From Macrostomum lignano (lineage: Eukaryota): 64,000 bases of DNA. A program made the position numbers and the translations under genes. The notes beneath the pieces are model-generated. The model searched no databases. It was given only the letters and a program-made list of their open reading frames with translations, and was not told the origin of the DNA. The stretch's first letter is position 1. Each line of letters starts with the position of its first letter. The stretch covers positions 37,451 to 101,450 of the forward strand of contig NIVC01003368.1 in the NCBI GenBank assembly GCA_002269645.1, written 5' to 3'. Shown here piece by piece: positions 1 through 12,693 of this stretch.

Positions 1-459
1 AATCTGCCAGTTTTAATGAGAAATAATGAGCAACGGGGGTTAGTGTCCAGGTTACTGTTAGATTGACTATTGGTAAACCTCACAGGGAACAAATAGGCAA
101 CAGAATTAAGACACAAGATTACACAAGTCCATGAACAGTAAACAGCTATTCCTACGGTTAAGGTGATTTTCTCAAGGTAACGTACAAATGTGCCTTTATC
201 TGCTAGCGAGTCATTAAAGATCTTCCCTGGTGTAAAAGTATAGTAATTAATCGAAACAAGTAATATTTCTCATTTTAAACTTGAACACAATTGAGTCTAC
301 TGCACCATCCGCCGCTGCCTCAACTCAGAACATCTGTTTAAACCTGACGTACATTTCACAGCTGTTGGCTCCCTGCTGTTTGACTGTCGATCCTCCAAGA
401 CTGCGCTGAGTCTTGCAGCAGATGCTAGTCATAATAAAGTACAAATTTATGGCTGTTAT

Positions 460-1330
460 TACATCGCTTGAAGGTCACGACCCCAGATCAAGGCATCGAT
501 TCAAGGTCATAACCCCAGATCAAGGCATCATTTCAAGGTCACAACCCCAGATCAAGGCATCATTTCAAGGTCACAACCCCAGATCAAGACATCATTTCAA
601 GGTCACAACCTTAGATCAAGGCATCATTTGAAGGTCACAACCCCAGATCAAGGCATCATTTCAAGGTCACAACCCCAGATCAAGGCATCATTTTAAGGTC
701 ACAACCCCAGATCAAGACATCATTTCAAGGTCACAACCTTAGATCGAGGCATCATTTGAAGGTCACAACCCCAGATCAAGGCATCATTTCAAGGTCACAA
801 CCCCAGATCAAGGCATCATTTCAAGGTCACAACCTTAGATCAAGGCATCATTTGAAGGTCACAACCCCAGATCAAGGCATCATTTCAAGGTCACAACCCC
901 AGATCAAGGCATCATTTCAAGGTCACGACCCCAGATCAAGTCATCATTTCATGGTCACAACCCCAGATCAAGGCATCATTTCATGGTCACAACCCCAGAT
1001 CAAGGCATCATTTCATGGTCACAACCCCAGATCAAGGCATCATTTCAAGGTCACGACCCCAGATCAAGTCATCATTTCATGGTCACAACCCCAGATCAAG
1101 GCATCATTTCAAGGTCACAACCCCAGATCAAGGCATCATTTCAAGGTCACAACCCAAGATCAAGGCATCATTTCAAGGTCACGACCCCAGATCAAGGCAT
1201 CATTTCAAGGTCACGACCCCAGATCAAGGCATCATTTCAAGGTCACGACCCCAGATCAAGGCATCATTTCAAGGTCACGACCCCAGATCAAGGCATCATT
1301 TCAAGGTCACGACCCAAGATCAAGGGATCA
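460..1330. repeat. 32-bp minisatellite (AGGTCACAACCCCAGATCAAGGCATCATTTCA)n, ~27 copies
   Basis: Direct reading of the tandem unit. It explains ORFs 413-631, 756-1412, 983-1336 and 1015-1377. It lies just downstream of the TRAM1 stop. Confidence 0.97.
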
Positions 1331-1496
1331 TGGTAAGACCACGCCACGGAATGGCTCTGATGAAAGTTCTCAGATGAAAGAATATTGGGTATTACTAAGA
1401 TCTCGACCCTAGAGGATGGTACATCATCAAGGCCAGCACACCATTACCAAAACAGTTTGTATCGACCTGAACTCAAAGGAATAAAAAAAATGGATC

Positions 1497-4400
1497 TCAA
1501 ATCTTACGCTTATTATCTTGTCCAATAGATCTAATTAGACATCGTTCATGACTGACCACCTGTTGAACGTCGGTGTGCGTTTCTAAGAACTGGCGAGCCT
1601 TCCTAACGTGAAACGTAATAAAATTCCACATTAGGTAGCCTTGCAGTAAACACACCACAGCCAAACAATTCAGCCTGAAAATTAGAAAAAAAGTAAATGT
1701 TGGATCTGGGACGTTAAGTGGCACTGCGACCTCGAGGGCATTCTAGAATCTACTGCCTTCCAACCTCCACTCTCATAAAACCAGGGATCTGCGACCCCGA
1801 GGCGTATCTGAGGCGTACCAGAGTCGCTCTTTATGAATTAGAATCACAACTCCATTTAGTCTACTTAAGTTAGTAGAAAGTTATGCGCAAACAAAATGAC
1901 TCTTCAGCGATTTTTGTCACGACAACATTTTCAACGCGTCACATACTACTCACCGAATAAACTTAGTATTGAAATTGCCCTCTCGAATAGAAATCCGATC
2001 GCGAGAGTTCTTCTCCAGACCCAGAGCAAACGTGAGGCCGGCCAGCGCTACGGAGAACAGGCGGACAGCTACAAATACCAGATCCCATAGGGCGAAGCCA
2101 TACCAAGCTGCTGAACGCCTGCCAGCTAAGCGCAGTAATCTTGAACAATGAAATATGATTTCAGCTAGATAGTGCAGCACTAGCAGCACTACTGCGATGC
2201 GATTCAGGTTTAACAGGTAGGCTCCGGCAATGCATAACAGATTTATGGCGTAGCGCTGGCCGCGCTCGGGCATTTCAGATGGGCTGACGCGCTGAGGATT
2301 AAGTTGAGGTGGTTGAGTCATTTGGATTGGTTTCGAAGTTTGATATGGTAGATTACAGTCTAAGCTGGTGGATTACAGCCTAGGGTGGTGGATTACTGCT
2401 TAAGCTGGATTTACAGCCTGAGTTGGTGGATTTACAGTCTGAGGCGGTGGATTTACAGCCTGAGGTGGTGGATTTACAGCATGAGGTGATGGATTTACAG
2501 CCTGAGGTGGTGGATTTACAGCCTGAGGTGGTGGATTTACAGCCTGAGGTGGTGGATTTACAGCCTGAGTTGGTGGATTTACAGCCTGAGTTGGTGGATT
2601 TACAGCCTGAGCTGGTGGATTTACAGCCTGAGCTGAGGTGGTGAAGATAAGAGCCCGATTACTATTGCTTGGTTCCAAAGGACCCGAAGGCCGAAGTTTG
2701 CCCAGCCTAAGTGATAAATGAACAAAACAAAAAGCCCAAACAAAACCAGTAAATTTGATTGACTCACTTGAAAGTAGAGCTCGGGAAAGCAGTGCAACCA
2801 GTAGCAGATCTGGCAGATAAAATAGAACTTGAACCAGAATGACAGATACAGATGAGGATAGCCGGTCCACAGAGTCGAGATAGAGGCTAACAGGCGCTCC
2901 TTATAGACAATATTAGCGCCCCACAGGAAGCTGATCAGATAGAATAGAAGTAGCTGGCTTATTTCACTAATTTTACCATACTGAGACTTAGAAAAATGCA
3001 AACGCTTGTAGAGTCGGTCGATAATATATTCTTGAACTACAGCATGAATTACAATAGCAATGAGGGTGTAGAATAGACAGGTTAGTAGATCCCGATAGCC
3101 AGCCGTGTAGAGAGTGCCAACGCGATTGACAGTGTCTTGCATAGACGCCTGGTTGCCTAGTCACAAAAGTAAGTATTAAATATTAGAATAATTAGATCTA
3201 TGGATTTATTTGAAAAGAACAAGATTAAGTGTCAAAGAATAACAATAAAGATAAGGCGACTTACTTCTAATAGTCACATTATGCTGTAGCATAGTAAATA
3301 GCTTTGAAACTGGAGCAGTGACCTGAAATAACAAAATTATTTAAAGGCAAAATTTATAAGCTATAAACAAGAAATGCATTATATTATATACAAATACAGA
3401 AGGCTCAGTCCAGTGGTCTAGCATAGCACTTTGATGTGCCAGCAGCCTGGAATCTTAGCTTACAAAAAGGCTTATGCAATTAATGGTCTTGAGGCCAACT
3501 ATAAATATAGTTAGGGCTGCTGACACTGGGATACTTTGGACAGAGGGATACTCAGACACTGGGATACTTCGGACAGAGGGATACTCAGACACTGAGATAC
3601 TTCGGACAGAGGGATACTCAGACACTGAGATACTTCAGACAGAGGGATACTCAGACACATAAGCTCATGTGAGTATGCCCATGCTATGACTATATATAGT
3701 CTATATAACAACTATATAATCACTTACTTTTTCCTAACCCAGACAATCTGTCTAATCTTGCATTTTGTTATTAGGTGTTCTGCCTCTTTATCCAATTCTC
3801 TATTAGATGTCCTATCCTCTATGCCAATATACCCTATTAGCTATTAGAATTCCCCATCAGTGTGCCTCATTTCCTAGGCAACTTTGATTTATTATATAGC
3901 AATTCTTTCATTTTTTTGGACTGAATTTAAAGTATAGACAATGTCTTGCCACTTGGACACTTACACTGCTAGAGGTACCTCTGAAGCATACTCCTTATAG
4001 TAACAAATTGAATAATTTTTCCCAATTCCAAGAAATTCTCAAGTCCCCTAAATCAAATTTACTGACAGTCATGAGATTTATCTCCCTATCCCAAACCATA
4101 GTCCAGATTATGCTAGGTGCATGCCTCAACAAAAATTGAATAATTAAAATGCATGCCAAAAAAATTGAATGCATGCCCATTCTTAAAACTACTCTGGTTT
4201 TGCAACAATAAATGACTTTTTTATGTTATGACAATAAATAACTTCTTTTAAATTGCATAATGAACCCTTTTTGGCAAGTAATTTGGTTGATTTGTATGCT
4301 TTTTTGGCATTACAATTTATACTAAAAAATTGATATGTGCAATGATTTGTTTCACTATTTTGTTACATGCTAAAAAACTAGAAACCTTGAAATGTATGCT

Positions 4401-5332
4401 TAAAAATGAACTTTTTTTATCTTTGTCCTATTTTACAATAACTCTTCTACATGATTTTATAGAATGCACGCCATATGAGCATGTATATTATTTTCTTAGA
4501 AGCGATGAACACCAACTATGCACATTTACTTTTGGCATGCAAGGCCAATGTAGGCCCAAATTTTTGGGTATATACTATATGATCCAGAGTGTGGATCCCA
4601 AAAAGAATAGAATTTGTAGAATTTTTAGAATTGTAGAATCAGTAGAATTTCCCAAAAATAACCTCCCATCTACAGCTATAGTTTGGAAAGTGATTATATA
4701 TATATATATGCTAGGATTTTAGATTTCCTATCATATAATAAAGGTACTTGCTATTTTCTAGCATATATATCAGTATATATCCTAATCCTAGCATACAAGA
4801 TACAGTGGAAAATTTTGGTCTTAGATCTATGGCACACTTGCATACATGTTAGGCCTACCTAGGATCAAATAAAATGACTTTATATAAACAATGAGCACTA
4901 TATTATATACATGCAATAGGCCAATACTAGGCCCTATCAATATGGATTCATGGAACAAGGAATAATAACAAAACAATTTTAAACTTTGTGCCCTAGGGCC
5001 TAATAAAACTTTTTTTTAAATTTTTAGCAAATAAAAGTAGGGCCTATTTAAAACACTTTCTAGAAATTTTTTGTCCCAGCATAGGGCCTACAAATTTATA
5101 TGTTCATGTAATTTTCCCCTGATTAAAGCAAAATGTTTTAAAAGTGAAAAGAAAACTATTATAAAACAAAATATTAGGAACAAAACGAGGAATATACCTG
5201 GAACATCAATCCAATGACAATCACCATTGCAATAAAGCTGACTATGTCACCATGATTTGCAATGATATAATCATGAGAAAAGTAGGATGTATTTTTATAT
5301 TTCTTCTTTGTACCTTTAGTGTATGACATCAT
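1497..5332 (-). CDS. TRAM1: Translocating chain-associated membrane protein (TRAM1/TRAM-LAG1-CLN8 family), 5 exons, 365 aa
   Basis: Exons (minus): 5332-5198 (MMSYTK..FSHDYIIANHGDIVSFIAMVIVIGLMFQ), 3322-3265 (VTAPVSKLFTMLQHNVT), 3156-2768 (..IHAVVQEYIIDRL..YWLHCFPELYFQ), 2291-1954 (IAGAYLLNL..VLHYLAE..GNFN), 1674-1497. All introns are GT-AG with compatible phases; total 1098 nt. Motifs match TRAM1 (SHEF..NHADIV, YWLHAFPELYFQ). Confidence 0.93.
2352..2640. repeat. 21-bp minisatellite (GTGGATTTACAGCCTGAGGTG)n in TRAM1 intron 3
   Basis: Visible tandem unit; source of the VDLQPEV/AVNPP ORFs. Confidence 0.95.
3515..3657. repeat. 33-bp minisatellite, ~4 copies, in TRAM1 intron 1
   Basis: Unit GACACTG(G/A)GATACTTCGGACAGAGGGATACTCA repeated. 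Confidence 0.9.
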
Positions 5333-5869
5333 GTTACGATTAACCACTTATTGGATACTCGTAACAGCACTAGTTCTGAATGTCGGATATTTATGTACTA
5401 ATGTCAACAAAACAAAACTTCCTGTTGTACTGCGAAGAGTCATGTCTGGCGATATCTGAGAAGCTAGCTCGTGATCGTCGCGAAAATCCCAGATTGAATT
5501 GTACACAAATCTATAACAAAGGTGAATTTAAAGTAGTTACAGAAGTCTAGCAAAGTTAAGCTGAAAAGCAATTTTAGCTTAGAATTAAAAAAACCACCCT
5601 TAATATCTTGAAATTTTCATCATGACTTAATTATTGTAGGGATGCGATAATAAGTGATGAACAAATTTGACGGAAATCGATAGAGAAATGCGCGCTCAAG
5701 TTATAAATAAAACTTGTCAATACGAATATAAAAAAGAACAGACTCGTTGGAGATCTTGAAAAGCAAACTTTACTTTGGAAAGACATAAAATATTCAAGAG
5801 CAAAACTATCTGCATATATATCTGCGGTGAACATGCAGTTCCGTATTTTTCCTTACTTTTTCTGACTTC

Positions 5870-6045
5870 TGTTTAATTGGTCAGATTAGGTGCAGTTTAA
5901 GTGAAATTTAATATTAAATCCAATATAATAAAAATGATTTGCCTTTTTCGCTAGTTTTCTCGATTAGAGGAAAAAAGCTCAACCGATTTTCATGAGACTT
6001 GCACTGTTCATCAGAAATTTTTTCGTGACGGTAAATCTAGTAAGC
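5870..6045 (-). mobile_element. Fragment of DINE-1/Helentron-like non-autonomous repeat (same family as 45485-45870)
   Basis: The reverse complement GTCACGAAAAAATTTCTGATGAACAGTGCAAGTCTCATGAAAATCGGTTGAGC aligns with 45733-45790. Boundaries are approximate. Confidence 0.6.
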
Positions 6046-6743
6046 TTACGTGTAGTCTAGTAATATAATCTAGTTAGCTAGTAATCAATAATATAGTAAG
6101 CTAGTCTGTTAATCGATCATCTAGATCCACGTAAGAGAAAGCAGAATGCAGCTGGGTGACTTGAAAAATACAGAAACTAAAACAGGATAGGATATAGCGA
6201 GTTACCCGCCTCACCTGCTTCTTTAGTGCTTTGCAAGCATATATTTTGGAATGAGGCGGGCATTCCTTTCAGCTATTCTTGAATATGGTGACTCGGTAAC
6301 TCGGCAGAATAGGTAGCATAGAAGCGGCAAAGCTAGGCGAGGCAAAGCAAGACTAAAGGTATAAGCATGAATAACAATTAAAAGGTATAAGGTATTAATA
6401 TATGATATCCCTAGAAGACATTGACGACGTTATGATTCTTGACAGATCTTATCTATCTTCTTGGGTTGCTGCGCAAGTTTAGCAAGAACGTTCAAGATCT
6501 TCGCTATGATAATACTTAGGTAAACTTACCAAAACTGGGCGACTTATTGCTGCATCGCACAAGATCTTAACTTTATATCTTTTTATAGCTTCCAATCGCA
6601 TATTTTGATGGGTTTCGACCTTTCGGCCCCCTTGCGGGGAAGCCTTCGGGCCTCAGGTCTCAGAAATAAATCAATTAGAGTCCTGGCCCCCCACTCCTGT
6701 CAGATGGTCAGCCCCATGGTAGCTTGATCGTGTGGCGAGCAGT

Positions 6744-7260
6744 CTAGCTAAGAGAGGGACAGCGAGAGACAAGCAGGGAGAATTTTGAAGGTAGAATATA
6801 GTTAATCCGCACATTAGCTAACTCGCTGCCACAAGCCAGTGCGTCCTGGCTCACCACACCGGGACTCTCGAAATCGGGCTTCCGACTAGAAGGGGCTTTG
6901 CACTTACCGCCAACTAGTGTCTTTTTGCTGTCAATCTCGAAGTCATAGCCGATGATAAGGGACACTGCTGGGACTAGATCGCATTGGCCATGCAGGTACA
7001 GAGGGGACTTGTGCAGGGGATTCTTGCGGTGGCGAGTCTATGGGGTAGCTACATGTACTATTACATTGCTAAAAACGAAGAATTGTACTTTTGGCCTTCA
7101 ACGCGCCAACTAGCCTCTCATAGCGCTGATGATAGACTAACTCGAACTTCAGAGACCGCATGATTCATTACCCGAGCCGCTTGGCGATCCTAGAGTGCAC
7201 AAAGTACATCTCTGGCGCCGATTCTGCACTATTCGCAATTTTGCTCACTGATTTGATAGA
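6744..7260 (-). pseudogene. Possible decayed retropepsin (LTR-retrotransposon protease) remnant
   Basis: Broken frames give ..MYFVHSRIAKRLG and ..LVPAVSLIIGYDF, resembling the flanks of the retroviral protease D(S/T)GA and (I/L)LGxDF motifs. The catalytic motif itself is not intact. It adjoins the LTR-like segment. Confidence 0.3.
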
Positions 7261-7370
7261 TTGATCGACTGAGAACTGCCTTGCCATTGGTCCACTGTGA
7301 CCGGCGCCTACTAGCTTAGCAACTCATCTGAGCCATCGGCGAACAAAGAAATAAAACCGATGAAAATAAC

Positions 7371-8273
7371 TGTCAGATTTAACCTTCTCCTCAGATCACT
7401 TCACACTTCAGATTAAATTGGAGTTTTAGACTACTAGCAGTATTATTGAATGACTTCTGCCTCAGCAACAGCACTACTGAACAAAAAGAGCAAAAGTGTG
7501 CGCCTAATCCAGCTACTGAAACAGGGGACAGATAAGGAATCACCCAATCAAGCAAGTCTATAGGCAGCCTCTCACCCAACCAATCAGAAACCCAACAGCC
7601 GGAGACCAGGTAATCCACAGTGACCGAATCGGCTAAGTGCTTCGCAGCTGTAGACCCGGGATGGTGCTGATGTCACGGTCTTCGCAGATAGCTAGCAGGT
7701 GATGCTCGTAACTTTGATGTTCGCTGCTGATGACCGGAGGGACTCGTCCTTGATAATGATGGGGGAGGTCGCAATCCGGGGATCAAGAAACGACGGTCGC
7801 GCTCCGGGATGTCTCAATCTAGGCTAAGGTCCCAGCAGGAGTAGTTGGCCCGAGCGGGCCAAAAACACCGGTTTAAATAGCCGCCAACTGGACCGCAGTT
7901 TGTTATAATGGAACACGTCGATTCTGATTGGCTGAGCCGATTTGTTAAAATGAGCGTCGAATTTTCTGATTGGCTAAGCTGGTTGCTACCCAGAATCATG
8001 TGACCGGGAGATCCTATCAGTTCCCTCGGGGTCGTAAAAAGATGACAGGTGCGGCCATAAATCAATCAAAATCGCAACGAAATGATTTATTATTATCATG
8101 ATTTGTTAAAATGAGCGTCGAATTTTCTGATTGGCTAAGCTGGTTGCTACCCAGAATCATGTGACCGGGAGATCCTATCAGTTCCCTCGGGGTCGTAAAA
8201 AGATGACAGGTGCGGCCATAAATCAATCAAAATCGCAACAAAATGATTTATGACTTTTCGCGTAGGATTGACA
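7371..8273 (-). mobile_element. LTR-like segment (TGTCA...TGACA) with internal 161-bp tandem duplication
   Basis: Terminal 5-bp inverted repeats; TATTTAAA at ~7873-7880 and three CCAAT-type motifs (CTGATTGGCT at ~7924, 7967, 8127); 7940-8100 duplicated at 8101-8250. No PBS or TSD found. Confidence 0.5.
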
Positions 8274-8985
8274 GAAATTAATGAAAAATATACATTAGAA
8301 AGCTCTTATTAAATAGAAAGTGAAGATAATGAAGAGAAACCACTAATCGCTAATCCCAAGGTACTTTTAGGGGTAAAACGCATAGCTGTCAAAGCTGTCA
8401 CACGCTTGAGTGAACACGAACAATAGGCTCTGACCTCATAAATCTTGATGGCCTGTCAAAATGATGAGAAAAAAGCTACCGCCCGCATCCTCTCAGACCA
8501 TCTGGCGCCCGCCTCAACACTGAGTGAGGCGCAGGTGGCTGTCAGACCAGCTTCGAAAGCGATGATTTATGACCCAAAAAGCTGCGCCTATGTTATGACT
8601 AAATATGACCAAACATTATATCTAGTATAGATTCTATGACAATTCGCAGAAAAAGGATAAAAATGCCCATTGCCCACTGTTAGTAGGCTAGTAAGTTTAG
8701 AGCCCATGTGCTAGCTTGGGATTTGAAAAAAAGTGCGTCCTCATCAATTTTATTGAATTTATTGTCCCATTTTGCCATAAAAAAATAATAAAACTAGAAA
8801 CACTTGGGTCAAATGAATGACAAAACAAATGTAGCCTATACCTTCTTAAAAGATCCTGCAAGAACCGAGCAGATTGAGAAGATCTCTGCTAAGAATGGCG
8901 CAGAGACAAGATCTGCTAAGTTTGAGAAACAGAATGTCCTCTAGGGATGTAATAGCTAGAAGCCTGAAATCAGACTACAGCAGCC

Positions 8986-9314
8986 GGTGACCGGACATTT
9001 CGTCAACCGGCATTTCGTCAACCAGACATTATGGCAACTCAGCAAATTGTAGCTGATTATTATAGCTGCACCAGCAGCCAGAGAATGTGAGAAGTAGTAA
9101 TGCGATGTCAAAATTTGTTTAACACTTCTTGGAAGTTAATTTTCGTACAAACGTTCGGTCCTCAATGGTGTCGCAATACTTGTACCATGGGACCTGAATA
9201 CCATGCACATGATTTCAATATTTTCTATTATAAAACTTAAAACTTTAACTTTAATATGTCTGGTTGACAAAATACCAGATGACAAAATGCCGGTTGACGA
9301 AATGTCCTGGAACC
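8986..9314. mobile_element. MITE with GG...CC termini, subterminal repeats and 8-bp TSD CAGCAGCC
   Basis: Left GGTGACCGGACATTTCGTCAACCGGCATTT vs right (rc) GGTTCCAGGACATTTCGTCAACCGGCATTT; TSD at 8978-8985 and 9315-9322. Confidence 0.88.
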
Positions 9315-9527
9315 CAGCAGCCACTATTCATTCTGGATTTAGGACGATTTAGGCGAGGCAACCCGCACGAAAGAACCGCAAAAAGACTCAATAACTAAAC
9401 CTCCTCGAAACGCTCTAACTCGGTCAGCAAACGCGGAGCTACGTGTGGATGTAAGAATACATGTAGGTGATCGAAGTTGGCTTGGACGCATTTTGAAATT
9501 TACGGAGTTCAGGTGGCCGTGATCGTC

Positions 9528-9560
9528 GTGAGTCCGACGCTCTAACCACTAGGCTACAAC
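9528..9560 (-). mobile_element. tRNA-derived SINE head fragment
   Basis: rc GTAGCCTAGTGGTTAGAGCGTCGGACTCAC contains an A-box and a tRNA-like D arm; no B-box follows. Confidence 0.45.
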
Positions 9561-11659
9561 CCTTACCCTAGCCTAGGCTATAACCTTTGAAATACTATAA
9601 GTAACACATTAAGATACAGACGAAATCAAAAGTACATCCTGCTTCTTGCTATTACAATGTCTGAATGGATTGATTGTTTGTTGAAGCCAGGCAATGCAGT
9701 GAGCGAAGAGAATAATACACTACCGCGGAAATTGGAATTCGATAGAGGTAAACCTAATTTCTCTTGCTCAAGTGCTGTGCGGACTGTGGAATCGTAGAAA
9801 ATAGATGATAGCTTAATTAAAGTCTCAGATGCAATTCGATCTCCCCCTGACCTACCCGAAGAAATTGACAGATTTAATAGATTTTGTATATAGAATCTCA
9901 TCTCTTCTACAAGTACATGTATAGGCAGTCGAGTTCCAGGTGCCAGAATCTTCACTAACATGCAGGTAATTCCTGGGCGCTAATCAGCTATTAACTTTTA
10001 GAATTTCCGAATAGGAATGTACGTACGGCACTACTACGAGTAATGCGTCTTTTAATTCTTGTCGAATGTGAACTTATTCATTAAAACCAGCGTGTAAATC
10101 TGGTATATACACACGCAGTATATAATTATGCTTGTGTGTGTAAGCTAAAGCAATACGCATTTGAGAAGTGCACTTGTTGAGTTGGCAGGGGAAATGAATG
10201 CCAGACGTGGGAATAAAATCATTCTAAGAACAATCAACTCCAGACCGGAGGGAGCCGCTGTTTGCGCGAGCCTGCATTTCTGTGCCAATGGCAAGATGAA
10301 GCATTGAATTATTAATTGAGAGGCAATGGCCAAGTCTTCAGTATAGGGCCAGCAGACTGAAAATTTTCCACTTTCTGTATTATTCCTGCCCCTCGTTGTT
10401 GCTTGTTTCTATTTTGGTTTCTTACTACCAGCTTTTTGCACTGCATGCGCCAAATTAGCATAAAATTTTTGCATCTAGAATTGCAATTAGTTTATAGAAA
10501 GCTGGAGAAAAAAACAGTTTCTAATCATTAAGTCTCTTATTTTATATTCCAGCTATGTGATTTACTAGTGTAGTATATATGATTATTATGATTATGATTA
10601 CGTTATTATTATTAGCTATGTGCCATTTTCTCCATATTACTGATTCAAATTACTGATTACCGACGTCCTATTATAATGGCCGGCTTTTAATTAGCTATAG
10701 CTAGATTTTTAATAGTGAGAAACCAAATCACAAAAGTATCAGCTATCGGTTTAAAAAACTTTACATGAAATATTGTAGCTACAGTACATCGCATGTCTAC
10801 CATGTCAGATAAATTAATTACCATCAAGGAACAAGGAAAATTTTACGACGCAAAACTTCTTTTTTGAACGTCGCCTTACTGGAAGTCTAAAAAAACTGCA
10901 AACCAACGCAGTAAATCCATCTACTGTAACTAGATGTAACGGTAAATTTTCTTTTCCAAGAAAGACTAGCGTGAAAAATGTACATGTACATGTTCGTTTG
11001 GAAGGAGAGTTATAACTGCTAATAACTATACATTGGTTCCTACTACCAACGCAGCATTCTTCTACTTAATGTGCCCATCGAAGTAGGTGTACGTGCAGAC
11101 TCCAGCTGAAATATAAATTTATTTAGATAAACATTTGATTTCTAAACTACTGCAAAATTATCTCAAGTTGACGTATTATGAATCGAAATTTACTGGCGTA
11201 CATTGTTTTAGGAAGAAACTATATTTTGTTATTATATGCACTTTTGTGATGTAATAAGTAATATATAAGTAATATAATAACAATGCAAGTTACACAGAAA
11301 AAGAAAGAAGGTCATTGCTCCTTAATAAATTATAATAAAATTATCGACAGTTAAATAACAGTTTTGAATATATTGTCTACATATCGAAAATAATATCTGA
11401 AAAATATATAATTTCTGAAAAAAATTTGTACGTACGTACACGAACCTCTGCAGTTCTACCAAAGCCATGTCATGTCAATGGAAGTCGGATTGTTTTACAC
11501 TGCGTTAGGCTGATCCAATCCGTCACCTTTAAATTAAAGGTACATGTAGTACGAGCTGTAATATAACTTGACTATAAATTTGTGTAGGAAATATTTACGT
11601 TCTGATTAAAATAAGAATAGCATAAAGCGTAATCTTTTATAGTCTTGTACATGTATATT

Positions 11660-12672
11660 CAGTGGCGTAGCCAGGGTGGGGGGCCGGCCCCCCCCCCCCC
11701 CCAATCTTCTGGGGGGGGGTGGGGTTGGGCGCGGCGGGTACCAAAAAACCATGAGGCAATTGAGTGCCTGCGGCGCTAAAATGAGTGCCTGTGGAGCCAA
11801 AATGAGTGCCTGCGGCGCTAAAATGAGTGCCTCCGGCGCCAAAATGAGTGCCTCCGGCGCCAAAATGAGTGCCTGCGGCGTCAAAATGAGTGCCTGCGGC
11901 GTCAAAATGAGTGCCTCCGGCGCCAAAATGAGTGCCTGCGGCGCTAAAATGAGTGCCTGCGGCGCTAAACTGAGTGCCTGCGGCGCCAAAAAGAGTGCCT
12001 CCGGCGCCAAAATGAGTGCCTCCGGCGCCAAAATGAGTGCCTGCGGCGTCAAAATGAGTGCCTGCGGCGCTAAAATGAGTGCCTGTGGAGCCAAAATGAG
12101 TGCCTGCGGCGCTAAAATGAGTGCCTGCGGCGCTAAAATGAGTGCCTGCGGCGCTAAAATGAGTGCCTGCGGCGCCAAAAAGAGTGCCTCCGGCGCCAAA
12201 ATGAGTGCCTCCGGCGCCAAAATGAGTGCCTGCGGCGTCAAAATGAGTGCCTGCGGCGTCAAAATGAGTGCCTGCGGCGCCAAAATGAGTGCCTGCGGCG
12301 CCAAAATGAGTGCCTGCGGCGCCAAAATGAGTGCCTGCGGCGCCAAAATGAGTGCCTGCGGCGCCAAAATGAGTGCCTGCGGCGCCAAAATGAGTGCCTG
12401 CGGCGCCAAAATGAGTGCCTGCGGCGCCAAAATGAGTGCCTGCGGCGCCAAAAAGAGTGCCTGCGGCGCCAAAACGAGTGCCTGCGGCGCCAAAATGAGT
12501 GCCTGCGGCGCCAAAATGAGTGCCTGCGGCGCCAAAATGAGTGCCTGCGGCGCCAAAAAGAGTGCCTGCGGCGCCAAAACGAGTGCCTGCGGCGCCAAAA
12601 TTGGCAATGATAAAAGGCATGGCCAGCCAAGCCAACCCCCCCCCCCAATTGAAATTCCTGCCTACGCCACTG
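11660..12672. mobile_element. hAT-type MITE filled with 21-bp minisatellite (GAGTGCCTGCGGCGCCAAAAT)n, perfect 8-bp TSD TGTATATT
   Basis: TIR CAGTGGCGTAG(C/G)CAGG at both ends; TSD at 11652-11659 and 12673-12680; ~40 internal units. It sits ~20 bp downstream of the DEG/ENaC stop. Confidence 0.93.
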
Positions 12673-12693
12673 TGTATATTTCGTGTCACTTTA

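Noticed and set aside
1444-1507. Extra terminal TRAM1 exon
   Set aside because: It would need a 41-nt intron; the ORF ends naturally at 1497.
6400-8955. Inverted similarity between ~6400-6520 and ~8870-8955 as DIRS-type ITRs
   Set aside because: Similarity is patchy and short, and there is no tyrosine recombinase or RT between them; more likely two old dispersed repeat copies.
9626-10333. ORFs 9626-9961 and 10145-10333 as genes
   Set aside because: No recognisable motif or consistent splice model.
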